A stretch of DNA of 64,000 bases, from contig NMRA01000024.1 of NCBI GenBank assembly GCA_002633005.1, positions 1,145,903 to 1,209,902 of the forward strand, given 5' to 3'. Below the pieces are notes generated by a model, which was given only the letters and a program-made list of their open reading frames with translations, had not been told where the DNA came from and ran no database searches. Of this stretch, positions 27,401 to 40,000 are shown one piece after another. The number at the start of each line of letters is the position of its first letter. Position 1 is the first letter of the stretch. Source of the DNA: Phoronis australis. Lineage: Eukaryota > Animalia > Phoronida. Made by a program: the position numbers and the translations under genes.

Positions 27401-30031
27401 GACACTTAAAATTAAACTTTATTTCATTCTAAATAGCTGCAATATCGTCCAGTAAAGGTTTGGTATAGTCTGTCAAAATAAAGTCATCCCTCTCTCCCCG
27501 TCACATCACGCCAATCACAGACAGACACAGCCAGATTCTGCTATTTGATTATCTACTCTTGATGAAACCCTCACAAACATTTACATAGATTATACAACTC
27601 ACGTATAATCTTCCGAAAATTTCCAATGCCCTTTCTAAAGCAAGGGACTCAATTCAAAATCTCAACAAATTAGGCCAAATGAAATTCCACTTGTCAAGCC
27701 TGTTAAAATGCACAATTCTCCACTTACTCAGAAAACGGTAATTGCAAAAACTGTGACTTTTCAAGACCGATTACCTAGCTGTTAACAATGGGAGCTTTAC
27801 CAAATATCGTTTTATGACGTCTAAACAGTGGAAGCCAAGCTAAATTGTGTGTAATTATAGACTATAATTTTTAATCTTTGTTTCTGTGTCATATAGTGCA
27901 CTAAACAGGTCATGAATTACCTTGTTGTAACCTTACCTGTAAATGGTCCACTGATATATCCAACTTGTCAAGCTTACGCAGAGCGTGCAGTATCTGAAAC
28001 ACATATTTTGCTGAATTAAATCGATTCATTGTCTATGTTGTGACATTCAATTTGTTAGCTGAATAGTTCTTAAAGTCTCTTGCAGCGCAATTGGTTGAAA
28101 ACCACTGTTTTGGTAGAGGGTTACAAACGTTTATTTTTCAGAAGTGATTTTGCTTCAACAAAAAGTCTTCACGGGCCTCTTTTGGAAAAGTGGTATGGCT
28201 CTTTCAGAAGCTCATAGAGCCGGCCTCAATGCCTTCACTCAGCAGTGGGTTTTAAAAGTGAACTAATTAAAACCTTAATGTGCGAGCCCAAATCAGGTTG
28301 AAATTTTGGACCGATTTTCAGCAAAAGTCGTATATACCGATAATTCAGAGGTGGTTGGTCATGTGGCAGCAGAATATAGCTGCATGTTTTTGGGCTTTTT
28401 GGTTTAAGGTGGAATGGTTACCTGTGTTGAAATGCGGAGTCGAAAAAACACCAGTCATGAATTTGAAATACTAGCCAGATTTAACTTTAACGGCAGTTTG
28501 GCTTAATGAGAGCAGTCCGGTGACGCCTCGGAAGACCTTAACTATTTCAACGATCATTTTAAAGACTCACATTGTGAAAATTATGACATCGTGGCCTATT
28601 TTCCATATACATTTGTCCCATGTCAGGCATAAAAAGCCATTGATGACTGCTAAATTGATTGATTTGACTTCGGCTTCACAAAATTAGTGCCATGTGAAAC
28701 TTCAAAGCATGCCATGTTTTAGTGAATATTAACAACAGCTCTGAATGAAAACTATATACACAAGCACTTTTTAAACTCGGTGTAAACTTGAAATATTAGC
28801 AAACATCAGACATAATATTTTTTAGCATTGCCAAAATTGAGAGCCTGATAATGATGTTGACTTTTGAACAGTGGTCAGGTATATAGTACCCGTCATTTAG
28901 CGGATGAAACTGGTTCTCTACATCAGGGACAACTATGTCAAACCAGCATCAACTTTTGTTTCTGGTGAGCAAAGCAGGTGGAGTTGATATTTTCCGTACT
29001 TACTTAGTCCCAGAGAATTTTTTATTCACATTGAATCATATTATTCATAATGTTTTGACAAACTGCAGGAAAATTCCATTCTATAAAATCCTAGAGTTTA
29101 TTTTTCACTCAAATCACAGGTGTGGATTGTTGAACATGTCATTATTAACTAAGTATTTTGTCGCCTTGCGTAGTAGCCTAGTATAATGCATGGCATGGCA
29201 CAAATGATGCTGTTTGCTAGTTCCCTGTGTGCCACTAGGTGGTCAGTAGCCTGCACACAGGTATCACTTAATTTTCCTCGGGAAATTTTTTTACACCGAT
29301 GTTTCTGATTGGGTAGTCGAATTCTCAACAGGCAACGCTTTATGCAAACAAACTGGCATAACTGATGGACTGAAGTGTAAAAGTGGTCTGCTGTGCAGAC
29401 AAATCGGCGCTTAAAATTTATGTTCAGGAAATGTGAATCCTAAAAATTGTGATTGAGACTTTTCTGAGTGCATCTTTTTACTGTCGATGACTTTAGTTTA
29501 CGATATTGTCCTGTATTCATACAGTATGAATAACACACCGGTTAAATCGGCCAGAGTGTTTATTGTGCATGTATTTGCTTCAAGCACGCGGCTATTAAAC
29601 ATCACTGCAGAAACCAAACAGTTGCTGCGACGAGCCACTTGCACGACAAGGTTACAAATTGTTCACAGTCCACCATTTTTTCACGGTGTTGTAAAGCTAA
29701 CCAATGACTGCTGAGGTTACATCAACCAATGCTAAAACGCATACCACTGCGTGATACCTGCGTGCTGGCTAGGCAAGCAGGGTACCCGCGAGATCAATGA
29801 TTAGCTGCCGTGGGAACGACAGGACTCTTCACTTACTGTAGCGAACCGGTATTTCACGACAGCACCACGCTTTGTATACGACAGGGATGTCCCTTTGACT
29901 TAGTTATTACAGTATAACAATATGCGTAAACACATATATTCCACATAAGCATATTTTAGACACAAAACCTTTTCACTTTCTCCATTTGCATTAAGATACG
30001 TCTTCAACTTCAACACTCGTTCTTCAACCAT
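18442..30031 (-). CDS. ELOA: Elongin A (TCEB3), spliced, 704 aa. Exons: 30031-29969, 27993-27937, 25710-24511, 23822-23720, 22471-22325, 20956-20859, 20444-20343, 20048-19970, 19530-19330, 18506-18442
   Basis: TFIIS N-terminal domain ([32 protein letters not shown]...[12 protein letters not shown]), SRTQVYSGK motif, BC-box [39 protein letters not shown] and C-terminal [14 protein letters not shown] introns; 2115 nt in frame to TAG. Confidence 0.93.
21310..21749. mobile_element. Non-autonomous DNA transposon (terminus TACTGGGATTTTCCGTAGATAAG); related pieces at about 958-1023 and 37467-37690
   Basis: Inverted GCCCATGGGCAT blocks lie near both ends. The reverse complement of 21500-21749 aligns over about 230 bp with 37467-37690. 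Confidence 0.7.
29247..29771. mobile_element. MITE in ELOA intron 1
   Basis: TIR TAGCCTGCACACAGGTATCAC ... GTGATACCTGCGTGCTGGCTA (19/21). It shares a 74-bp block (29260-29333) with 30190-30263. Confidence 0.7.
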
Positions 30032-30106
30032 TTTTATGTCAAAGTGCCATCTGTTGGATGTCAACACGTAAGCTTAGTCTCTAACCCAGACTCTCTCAGC
30101 ATAAAA

Positions 30107-30295
30107 CTCGCTGGTTTCCTGCGTGCCGCTAGGTGGGGCGGTAACCGCGCCAGCACGCAGGTATCACCCAGAGACCGTAGAGCGTCTTTGGTATCACTTA
30201 ATTTTCCTCGGTAAATTTTTTTACACCGGCGTTTCTGATTGGCTAGTCAAATTCTCAACAGGCTGGCTGGGCTAAGCACGCGGGGAACCAGCGAG
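30107..30295. mobile_element. 189-bp MITE with a 9-bp TSD (Mutator-like by TSD length)
   Basis: TIR CTCGCTGGTTTCCTGCGTGC ... GCACGCGGGGAACCAGCGAG (18/20). Perfect TSD AGCATAAAA at 30098-30106 and 30296-30304. Confidence 0.85.
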
Positions 30296-30498
30296 AGCAT
30301 AAAACAGTCTGGTGTCCATCTCTGACACGTGATCCTTTGCTGTTGGCTGACCAACGACGAAGTCAACGGGTGCATCTTACTAATCAGTTGAACATAAAAG
30401 TATGGTTCTTTACAACCTCATGTGGTGTGAAGTGGTAGTCCTGAGACCGAGGGACCCAACATTTATCATTTCAAATGATATCTGCGCTGGACCCCCAA

Positions 30499-30543
30499 AC
30501 ACACACACACATGCACGCACGCACGCACGCACGCACACACACA
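30499..30543. repeat. (CA)n/(CACG)n microsatellite
   Basis: acacacacacac-atgcacgcacgcacgcacgcacgcacacac. Confidence 0.9.
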
Positions 30544-31990
30544 ATAGTTCAAGCTACGATTGAGTGCAACATACTAAAGTCAATGCCAATTTTTTCGCAG
30601 AACACTTGCCAAAAGGAAATTATGCTTCAGTATGAGACTAGAACTGAGTTCCGAATAAAGATTATCAGACCTTGCACTCAATTGCTGTATGAAAACGGTC
30701 ATTCTTGTATACAAGATCGAGTTCTGGTACTAGGTAAAAATCGAGAACTTAGTGATTTGTCGTATTGCGTACATGGGAGCAGGGGAATCACTGAGCTAAG
30801 ATTGTCTAGAGGCTCTTCCGGCAGCCACGGGTGAGGGCGGTCAGAACGGGATTCCCAAAAATTCCTTGGCTTACAACCGGGTAGGCATAAACTGTGGCAC
30901 GATAATATCTGACAGATCCGTACCACAAATATTCTGTTTCCCATCCCCCTGCCCTCACTCTCCACTCGCTGATATGGATAGGTAGGGGAGTGGGTAAAAT
31001 ATTTTAGTTTTACATTTTATTGTAGATTTGTTATTATTGGTTTTCGCAATTGAATATTTTATCAGACTGCCGAAATTATTTCGAGTTAGCAAACTCAATT
31101 TTAATGTACGCCTACCCCGAGGAATCAATGGAGAGTTTCGCAATAACAAACTGTCCTGAATTCTTTAGGTTTGAAGTATTTAAAAGAATAACAGTCCAAA
31201 GGGTTGTTAATTAATTTTAATTCAATCAATATTTTGAATAGTTTCTCAAAAATGGTTATCAGATCTCGAAAACAGAAATCGCCAGACAAAAAGTATCTGG
31301 ACCCCTTTTTCGTGCTTTAAGTATTAAAAAGAATAAAATCTAAATGGTTGTTTATTCAATTTTAATTCACTCAACTATTTGCAGGGTTTCTCTACAAAAT
31401 AACTATATCACTTAATAAATCGCCGGACTAAATGGTGCCTTTTTCTTAGACCGTCACCTTCAACAACTGGACCCAGTCGCTTTTCCATGCTTTCCCTCTC
31501 AAACGGTTATTGTCGGCAAGAAAATTGACTTTCGGAGATCCAACTCAGCGTGGATTCTGGAACCAGCAGAATTGGCGATTTACGATAAAATAGTCAACAC
31601 CAAACAGATTTTGTTGTATTATAGCTCTGGTCAAAGCTAATAACTTCAACAAATATATCCCACCCAACAATAATCACAGAAAATACGTTTTACGGCCGTA
31701 AAACCGATACCGTCCACTTAAAACTTGAGGTAATGTTTCATGTTGCCAGATGAGCATTCTAATTTCCAGGCGCCGTGCCCTATCAGAAATATGGTCAAGT
31801 ACCCCGCGTGGAAAATGAGTCGCTTTACTACAAGAATGTTATCGCACTTTGGGACGCAAGATTAGACCGTAACAATCAGCTCAAAGTATGCATATTGTCA
31901 ATCGACGGCAAGCAATGGTTTCTGCGGCTCAGCCTAAAAATGGGAGGGGGGCTCGATCTTTTGAGAACAGTGGACTTTTTACTAAGAATT

Positions 31991-32199
31991 ACGGTATACG
32001 TTCAGAGCTCTAAATTTTGCATTCGTCGAATTTTGGTGGTTCCTGCATTTGTAGTGGACTTTTGTCTCGTTTTCTACACTTTTTTCGGAATTCTTGTTTC
32101 TCTGAGGATGATCTGAAAAACGAGACAAAAGTACACCAATAAGGCAAGAACTACCAAAATTCGGCGAATGCATAATTCATAGCTCTGAACGTACTCCGT
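31991..32199. mobile_element. Fold-back MITE, about 210 bp with ~80-bp arms
   Basis: ACGG..TACGTTCAGAGCT....TGCATTCG.CGAATTTTGGT.GTT...ACTTTTGTCTCGTTTT is mirrored at 32115-32199. Confidence 0.8.
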
Positions 32200-33578
32200 G
32201 AATCTTAGCAAAAGGTATACATTCTCAAAAATTCGAACATCCATTTTTTATGCTGGGTGCGCGCATGAAACCTCCGTGGGATGCCCGTCTCCAATGCTGT
32301 CCTGGTTGTCGTCCAATATCTACATGCATGCCTTCAGGAATGGCCTAAAATTAAGTTCAGTAATAAGCACATGTATTTTTATTGACGCATTGCGATTTCT
32401 TAACTCGAGCCAACCGGCGCATTGAAAATTGGGCTGGGGAGTCACATCTCTTTGTCTTGTCGAGGGAATAAGATGCATTATATCCATATTCTAACCCAAT
32501 GCATCTGGTAATACAGCCAAGCTGGTCTACTTTTTACTTTGTGCAATTAAAGTCAATATCAGCGATAGGGATCCAGTGAGCACACCAGGCCCTAGGGATT
32601 CTAAATGTTATCGTCAGCTATAGGGACTCAACGGTTGCGGCGTCGCTTTCGCCTGAATACTGCACCCACATTGGCATCTGACGGCGAAAAATATCGGGAA
32701 CAACTGACATGACCTGGAAATTGTAAAAACGCACGTCCCATGCGAATTAACGTGTTCGGCATGAAACTGCTTGCCATAACCAGTCATAACACGTATTTAG
32801 ATAGCACTGAGAAAAACATCACATCTGAGAGAAGTCTTGTTTTGTCATTCAGTCATGCTTAGCTGGCTGGTCACCAGGTGTTGCCCAAAATCGAATTGGA
32901 AAAGAGTAGGAATAAACACAAGTTCCGTAAATTAACCAATAGATTCGAGTCTCCGTGGCCAGGTCAATTGATATATAGACAAATGATTCTTGCAGTTAAT
33001 CTCGATGGTTCCCTGAGTGTCCGCTTGGGAACCAGCGAGGCAGTTACATTACCGGTTTGAAAAAAGTCTCGTTACCAATTAACCACCTGCTGTTGACTGA
33101 AAAGTCTCGCTGCTCGCTGTATGTGTGTTTTGTTGATATATCGTGTTATCATATGACGGTCCAGCATGTCAAAGTTTTCTTCTGATTGGTACAATGGATT
33201 TTTATTATGTCTATAAGTTGTGAAAGAAAATTGATGATTCTTCAGTGAACCTAGGACCAATTACTCCAAGAGTGAACTAAGACTCTATGCCTTCACATTT
33301 GATGTCGGTCACTAGTGTTTTGCCTTTTTAAACTGTCACGCCACTGTGACTTAATTAATTTCTTACTCCATGTCGATCAGAGAGGGCACTGAAGAAATAT
33401 TTTTTATACCTTAAACATTAGTTGTCCTCTTGAATTTAAAATTCTGAATTAATTTGCTTTAAAAATTTGTGCATAAGTCTGACTAGGGTGCTTTTTCGAA
33501 GTACATAAAACACGACTCTACGGTAACAAAAAGCGGCTTGAAAAATCGCCGTTCCGCAAGGAGTTTACAGTACTATTA

Positions 33579-33838
33579 CAGAGGCGGATCTACAGGGGGT
33601 GGGAGGGGGGGATTCAGGGGGCTCAACCCTCCCCCTCGGGACAGGATCAAAAATAAAAACTGAAAAAATTTCGCCAGAAAAAAAAACGAAATCAGCTACT
33701 AAAAACCACAACAAATCTTACACAGCGGGAGGGGGCAAACCCCCTCCCGACCTTCCTTCCGCTCGGTGCTATGAGCCTCGGATTCGCTCGAATCCTAAAC
33801 TCCCCTCACTGAAAACCAATACGGTAGATCTGCCACTG
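33579..33838. mobile_element. hAT-like MITE about 200 bp upstream of the ADI1 ATG
   Basis: TIR CAGAGGCGGATCTAC ... GTAGATCTGCCACTG, with TATTA on both flanks. Confidence 0.8.
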
Positions 33839-34039
33839 TATTATAGGCCTACTGCACTCCTTGATTTTCGAATGAGCTTAATCAGGGTCATCATACTATC
33901 TATGGGGTCACTGTCCTAGGTATGCAAATAACGACACTCCAGCGTCACCTTTCGGTAAGCTACTGGCCTAAAAACTAAAAAACTACGAGGAGAAGACTGA
34001 GGAGTGCTCACCTGTTCACTAGAAAACTAATTGCTTAAA

Positions 34040-37000
34040 ATGGTTCGAGCCTGGTATATGGATGACTCGCAAGACGACCAAAGGGCTGAACATATGACTG
34101 ACCCACCGAAATTTGTTGATCTTGAGCAGCTCAAAAAATTAACTGGTGTGTTATACTGGAAGGTAGGCCAGTATTTCATTTTCAATAATAGGCCTAGGCC
34201 TACTTCAAAAAGCGACTCGCATGTTTACCCACTGTGTGACGGCTTGAGGGCCGGNNNNNNNNNNNNNNNNNNNNNNNNNNNNNNNNNNNNNNNNNNNNNN
34301 NNNNNNNNNNNNNNNNNNNNNNNNNNNNNNNNNNNNNNNNNNNNNNNNNNNNNNNNNNNNNNNNNNNNNNNNNNNNNNNNNNNNNNNNNNNNNNNNNNNN
34401 NNNNNNNNNNNNNNNNNNNNNNNNNNNNNNNNNNNNNNNNNNNNNNNNNNNNNNNNNNNNNNNNNNNNNNNNNNNNNNNNNNNNNNNNNNNNNNNNNNNN
34501 NNNNNNNNNNNNNNNNNNNNNNNNNNNNNNNNNNNNNNNNNNNNNNNNNNNNNNNNNNNNNNNNNNNNNNNNNNNNNNNNNNNNNNNNNNNNNNNNNNNN
34601 NNNNNNNNNNNNNNNNNNNNNNNNNNNNNNNNNNNNNNNNNNNNNNNNNNNNNNNNNNNNNNNNNNNNNNNNNNNNNNNNNNNNNNNNNNNNNNNNNNNN
34701 NNNNNNNNNNNNNNNNNNNNNNNNNNNNNNNNNNNNNNNNNNNNNNNNNNNNNNNNNNNNNNNNNNNNNNNNNNNNNNNNNNNNNNNNNNNNNNNNNNNN
34801 NNNNNNNNNNNNNNNNNNNNNNNNNNNNNNNNNNNNNNNNNNNNNNNNNNNNNNNNNNNNNNNNNNNNNNNNNNNNNNNNNNNNNNNNNNNNNNNNAAAA
34901 TGTTAAGAACCCAGCGTATCGCATTTGTCTGCGGATTTTTCCTTTGGCCTTCTAGATCCTACTAGTGCCTGGGACAAACAGATACATTGCATAAACAAAC
35001 CCTGGATCATGTTTTGTGTCCCGTCGGAAGAAAATTTAAATTCGAAAACATCTTCTGAAAACGCACAAAAAAGTGTATTAGTAAAATCTACTGATTTTTA
35101 AGTGGTTTTAAAAAACAATCGGTAAACTCACCGATTTTTGTCTCATTACTTTGATACGTGTTTCTCCCGAGAGGTTAGTACCTAACGTGAAGACGAGCAC
35201 TCCAAATTGGAACGCTAAGTCCCGCGTGGTTGCGCTGCACGCGAAACAAGATGGCGGACGAACTTTGGAGCCTGACGAAAATAGGTAACCGGACGATACT
35301 CACATATGTGGGTCGAATATATGAAATGACTATTATAGCAGTCTCGCACACTTAAAATGTTTTGAAGCAGTGCACAGTCCTTTCGCACTTGTAGAGGTTG
35401 CATTGACTTAACGCAATTAGTGTCGTGGGCCGGGGATTCTTAGATGTGACGAAGTTTTCAACCCTAGGCTAAACAGTACATGAGTACGTTGTCAAAAGTG
35501 AGTACATCTGCTTCATCAAAGCTATGAAAACAAAACCCATACCTTTTAATAGTTGATGTAGAAGACAATGATCGGATAGCGCCACAGTGGTGCCTGATTT
35601 AGAGAACCAGGCAACCACTGAATAATGGGGCCATTACCTAGTGGATGAAACTGGTACTCTAAATCGGACCGCTATATATCCAACCAGTGTTGTTCTTGTG
35701 CTCAGTACCTAATTGTTACTGATCGGCATGTAGAGATCGGACAGGGTGCATGCAAATTTTAGTAGTCAGACACTCATTCATTCAAAGTGACATGTGGACA
35801 ATTTCTCGCTTACACTGGTTATACAGCTCTGGTTCCCTTATAAGCCCCAGAGAACTTTTACCATGACTATTCAGCACGCCCTTTGTATTCATGCATGTAG
35901 GGGAAATTTACGTAATGGTTTCGTACCACTTAAGGATGCGCCTCTCTGTACGCCAAGCTGAACTAGCCACGGAATCAGGAGCTATCTCATAGCGAATAGT
36001 GGCTATACACATGTACAACCACACATGTGATTTAGAAGAACAAGGATCATACTTTAGTTGCAAAACGGGGTTGTAGAAAAGTCAATAAAAGTACCATTCA
36101 CGTGACCGGTTTTCTAATTGGTACCTTTCAGACATTAGAATCGTACCAGTGCATGGTACTATACTAATAACTATGAATATTTTACGAATTAAAGATGAAA
36201 AAGGAAACAGCATGTGCAAACAGACAAACCTTTCATTCACAACATAGAAACATGTGAGAACAAAGAACTTTTCAATATGACTAGAACGCAAACCGCCCCC
36301 TTATTTATTTATTTATTTATTATTGTGATATTTAAAATGAGGGTGGCCTCTTCAGTCATAGCACTGCTTTCCAAGAGGGCCCTTAATGAAAAAGCTTCAG
36401 GAAATTCTAATTCCGAAAGCCAGTGAGAATTTCACTGGATTCCAGTTAGATTCCAGTGAGAATCTAACTAATTAAGATATGCCATTTAAATTAGTGAGAA
36501 AAAATTCTCACTCTAGTGAGAATACAGTGATATTCCAGTTAGAATTCAGTGAGAATCTAACTAATTTGCATAGCATTTCCACTCAGTGAGAATTTGTCTT
36601 ACTGAAATTCTCACTCAGTAGGAATGCTATGCAAATTAGTGAGAATTTGTGTCACTGAAATTCTCACTGAGTGAAAATCTCACTGGGTGAGAATTTTGAA
36701 CTTAAGAAAATTTTGTGTGTGGGCTTTAGCCACTGACTGATGAGAGATCAATGGTAACCAAAACACTGCTTATTTTTCGTGAGTTTATCTTGAAATTTGA
36801 CTAAGGATACAATTTAATTGCAAATTGTGAAATATAGCAGACATAAACTACCAACTATAAAGCCTTTGGTGAATCAGCAAAATACTGAAAACTCAGCTGT
36901 CAACACAGAATGAAGACATCAGTCTAATACTCGTGCTTCATGCACTCTACTAGATGTATGAAATGTACTAACCTTAAGCTTATTAACACACAAAATCAGT

Positions 37001-40000
37001 CCAGGGTCCCCTCTGGTTGACTTGCTGACAAAGTGTTCAGTAATTTCACAATATTTGTGAGAAAAACATCAACAATCTTCAAGCTATTTCTCCAACTCAT
37101 TCCTGGTGCCATTTTAGTTTGAATTCAGAAATCTGGTTCAACTGAAATTTCCACAGTTACATCCAATCAGGGTGTTTGTTTATCTTAAATTCTCTCTGAA
37201 TTCTCACTCCAATTTTGGCAAGTCCAAATTCTCACTCAATTCTCACTCAGATTTTTTCAAAGTCTGAAATTTTCACTGATTCTCACTCAGAATTTTTCTA
37301 AGACCCGTAAAAATTCTCACTGGATTCTCACTGTTACACAACATTTTCTCACTATTTTCTCACTGACTGTGACGCATTGTATTTAATGCATTTGGTAGTG
37401 GAGAAATGTCAGACACTCTTTTATTTTGTCGAGGTACAACTGCGTTCTTTAAATTAAAAACATTCGTATCAGGATTTTCCGTAGATAAGCCCACCGGACT
37501 AAACGCCCATGGGCATTTATTCGGAAAATCATGCTGAATAAACGCTCATGGTGACAAGTGTGTAGATAATGAGGGGTTTATTCAAAGAATTTGTTGTTAA
37601 AAGCCCACTCAGCTGTAACTTTTTGTCTCAAATTTAGTTTTGTGGAACATATTTCGTTTACAAAAACGAACAAAAGGTTGGCGCAACTTGGTATCATGTT
37701 TTGCGTACTTATTCAGACCCACGCTGTGACGGCGTTAGGCCTAGTTGGCTTTGGGATACCAAATAGCTCAGAAACAGCGTTAAATCTCAATTCTTTGTCC
37801 GTAGCTTTGAGACAGTTGTGCATATCTTCCGATGTCCACGATGACGGATGGCATTTTCCTGAAAGCAAGAAAAACAACACATTAGCCTATATAGAACCTA
37901 TGTTTTGTGTATCGTACTTCTTGGTTGCATGTACCGTACCCCGGGTACCATACCCGTGACCTGTTGTGGTACGACACTCGTGACAATGACTTTGTTTCAA
38001 ACACGAGGACTGAATATATTTGGCACAGGATTTGGCATCCAGAAATTACACCATACAAAGAGATGAGAACGAGCTGTCAGGTGACCCATCGGTTTACTCA
38101 TTTGCTGTACTTGTCGTCTGGTCACATTATTTGGAGAGGGCTAAAATTTACATCAACATATCAAAAAAGTGAAAAATGCTCACAGTTTTTGTCTGGGTCG
38201 TCTGCTCAACATGTCGCTTTGTTTTCTGTTATCGGTGTAATCACTCTTTTGGGAGGCAAGCAAACATAGTTTGGCGGGAAATGATGTGGTAGACAACGTT
38301 AACTGGTACGGAACCTGTAACTCTCCCCTGGATCTGAGCTAATGAAGTGGAAGGTAATAGCTAGCACTACTTTCTTAACAATGGTGGTTGTTATTACACC
38401 CAAATTGGTTTTTTTTGGCATTTGCACAGAATTAAAGCCTGCAATGTGGAAAGTAATTTAACTTGGTACATTTTAAATATTACAAAAAGACTAAAAATTT
38501 AATTTGCGTTGATCTTGACAAAGGACCACTTCGATCCCAACGGAACATTGGTTTTAAATATATCTCACACCTGTTTTCATTACTTTATTTTTGATAATCC
38601 TGTCTACTTGTTTTTTTCTTACCAGCTAGGGTTGGTATCTTTTTATTTTGTTTTTCAACAAAGATTACAGCTACACCAAACATGCGGTCACAGCAAACAA
38701 AACTACACGCGTCAAGCGCAATCTTTATTAGAACTCAAATCATAAAATATATACAAAAGTGCAAGTGTGGGGATAGCCAAACTGAGGATTTGGAACCTCT
38801 GGACGAATTTTGGTTGCAGTAACTACATAACTATTGTAACTTTTCCTCAGTCATAAAAAATGCAATCACAGCTCTTGCCCACCGACCAACCTCATCCACT
38901 GTTTGCACTCCCTCGTTTACTACAAAGCAATCCATCTTCTTGTGTTCACGTACGTGTTTTGCTTTACAACTACAATCCAACTATTGAAATTGGCGCATTC
39001 CCACGAATATCAATTGTCCGGTTGAGTGTGTTACTCCTTGAGTAAAGTAGTTCGGCATGCCCTGGAGCATGAGCGATGTTTTAAAATTTATTGGCATCTA
39101 GTTTAGTCACTGTGTGTTGTTTATAGATGTTTCAATGTGGCTTAGTTGTATATTAAAAGAATAATTCACGTGATATTGTTAACTCTGATCAGGTTTGTAA
39201 ACTCACTGAGTATATCAATATGCACAGTGGTTTATCTTCAATCGTTCCCAATGTTCGTAGTTTTTAGCTTAATAGTTAATCGATTTTTAAATATCGAAAA
39301 CCAAACTTGGTTGTTTTTTCCATCTGAATACAGCTGTGGTATTTGTTTCCAATGAAAACCGTTGCTTAATGCATTTTGAAAATTCGCATGTACAGGCAGA
39401 GAGGTTTACTTCAGTTTATGGTCAGGTAATTACACTTAATGGGGACTTGCTCGCACCGGACAATGCGGTCATCGCAACTGAGTCTGACTCTGGCATTGCG
39501 CTCTCTTTTATCCTTGTAAAAGCCGCTCAGAAGAACGAGCGGTGAAAAGTCACGCATCTCTTCAGAAATGCGTGACTTTCGTGTGAGCGCATTATTCACG
39601 GCATGAAAAAAAACAAGTATCGTAAATGAATGTCATTTTCTTGCCCCAGTCTTCTCTTTTTTGATGTTCAACGAAAAGTCTTGCATCAATGCCAAAACCA
39701 TGGGCTGGTATTTGCTTGCTAATTATTGCTTATCAAAACTGAAAAATAACAGCGCTACTTTCAGACAGATAGAATGAACAAACTGCTTGAACATGTCTAC
39801 TGCAAAATGACCATCTTGATTTGTGGCCAGAATTGTTGAATTTGATGGGGTTTCTATTGATCTTAATTTTGATAAAATATTAGTGTTAATTTGTGGTATA
39901 TGCTACACTGAATAATGCAAATCTTGTTTGAAAACTATTTCTGTAAAGGAAGCCAACTTCTGTGTAGTCCTTTCACATTGTCATGGACTAGGCCTGTAGT

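Noticed and set aside
31170-31440. Diverged ~147-bp tandem duplication
   Set aside because: Real but old and AT-rich, with no sign of function.
32430-32830. Coding-looking minus-strand stretch between ELOA and ADI1
   Set aside because: It has stops in the frames I translated and no family that I recognise.
34163-34924. Long ORFs of 291 and 239 aa
   Set aside because: Artefacts of the N gap; only 34040-34162 is coding.
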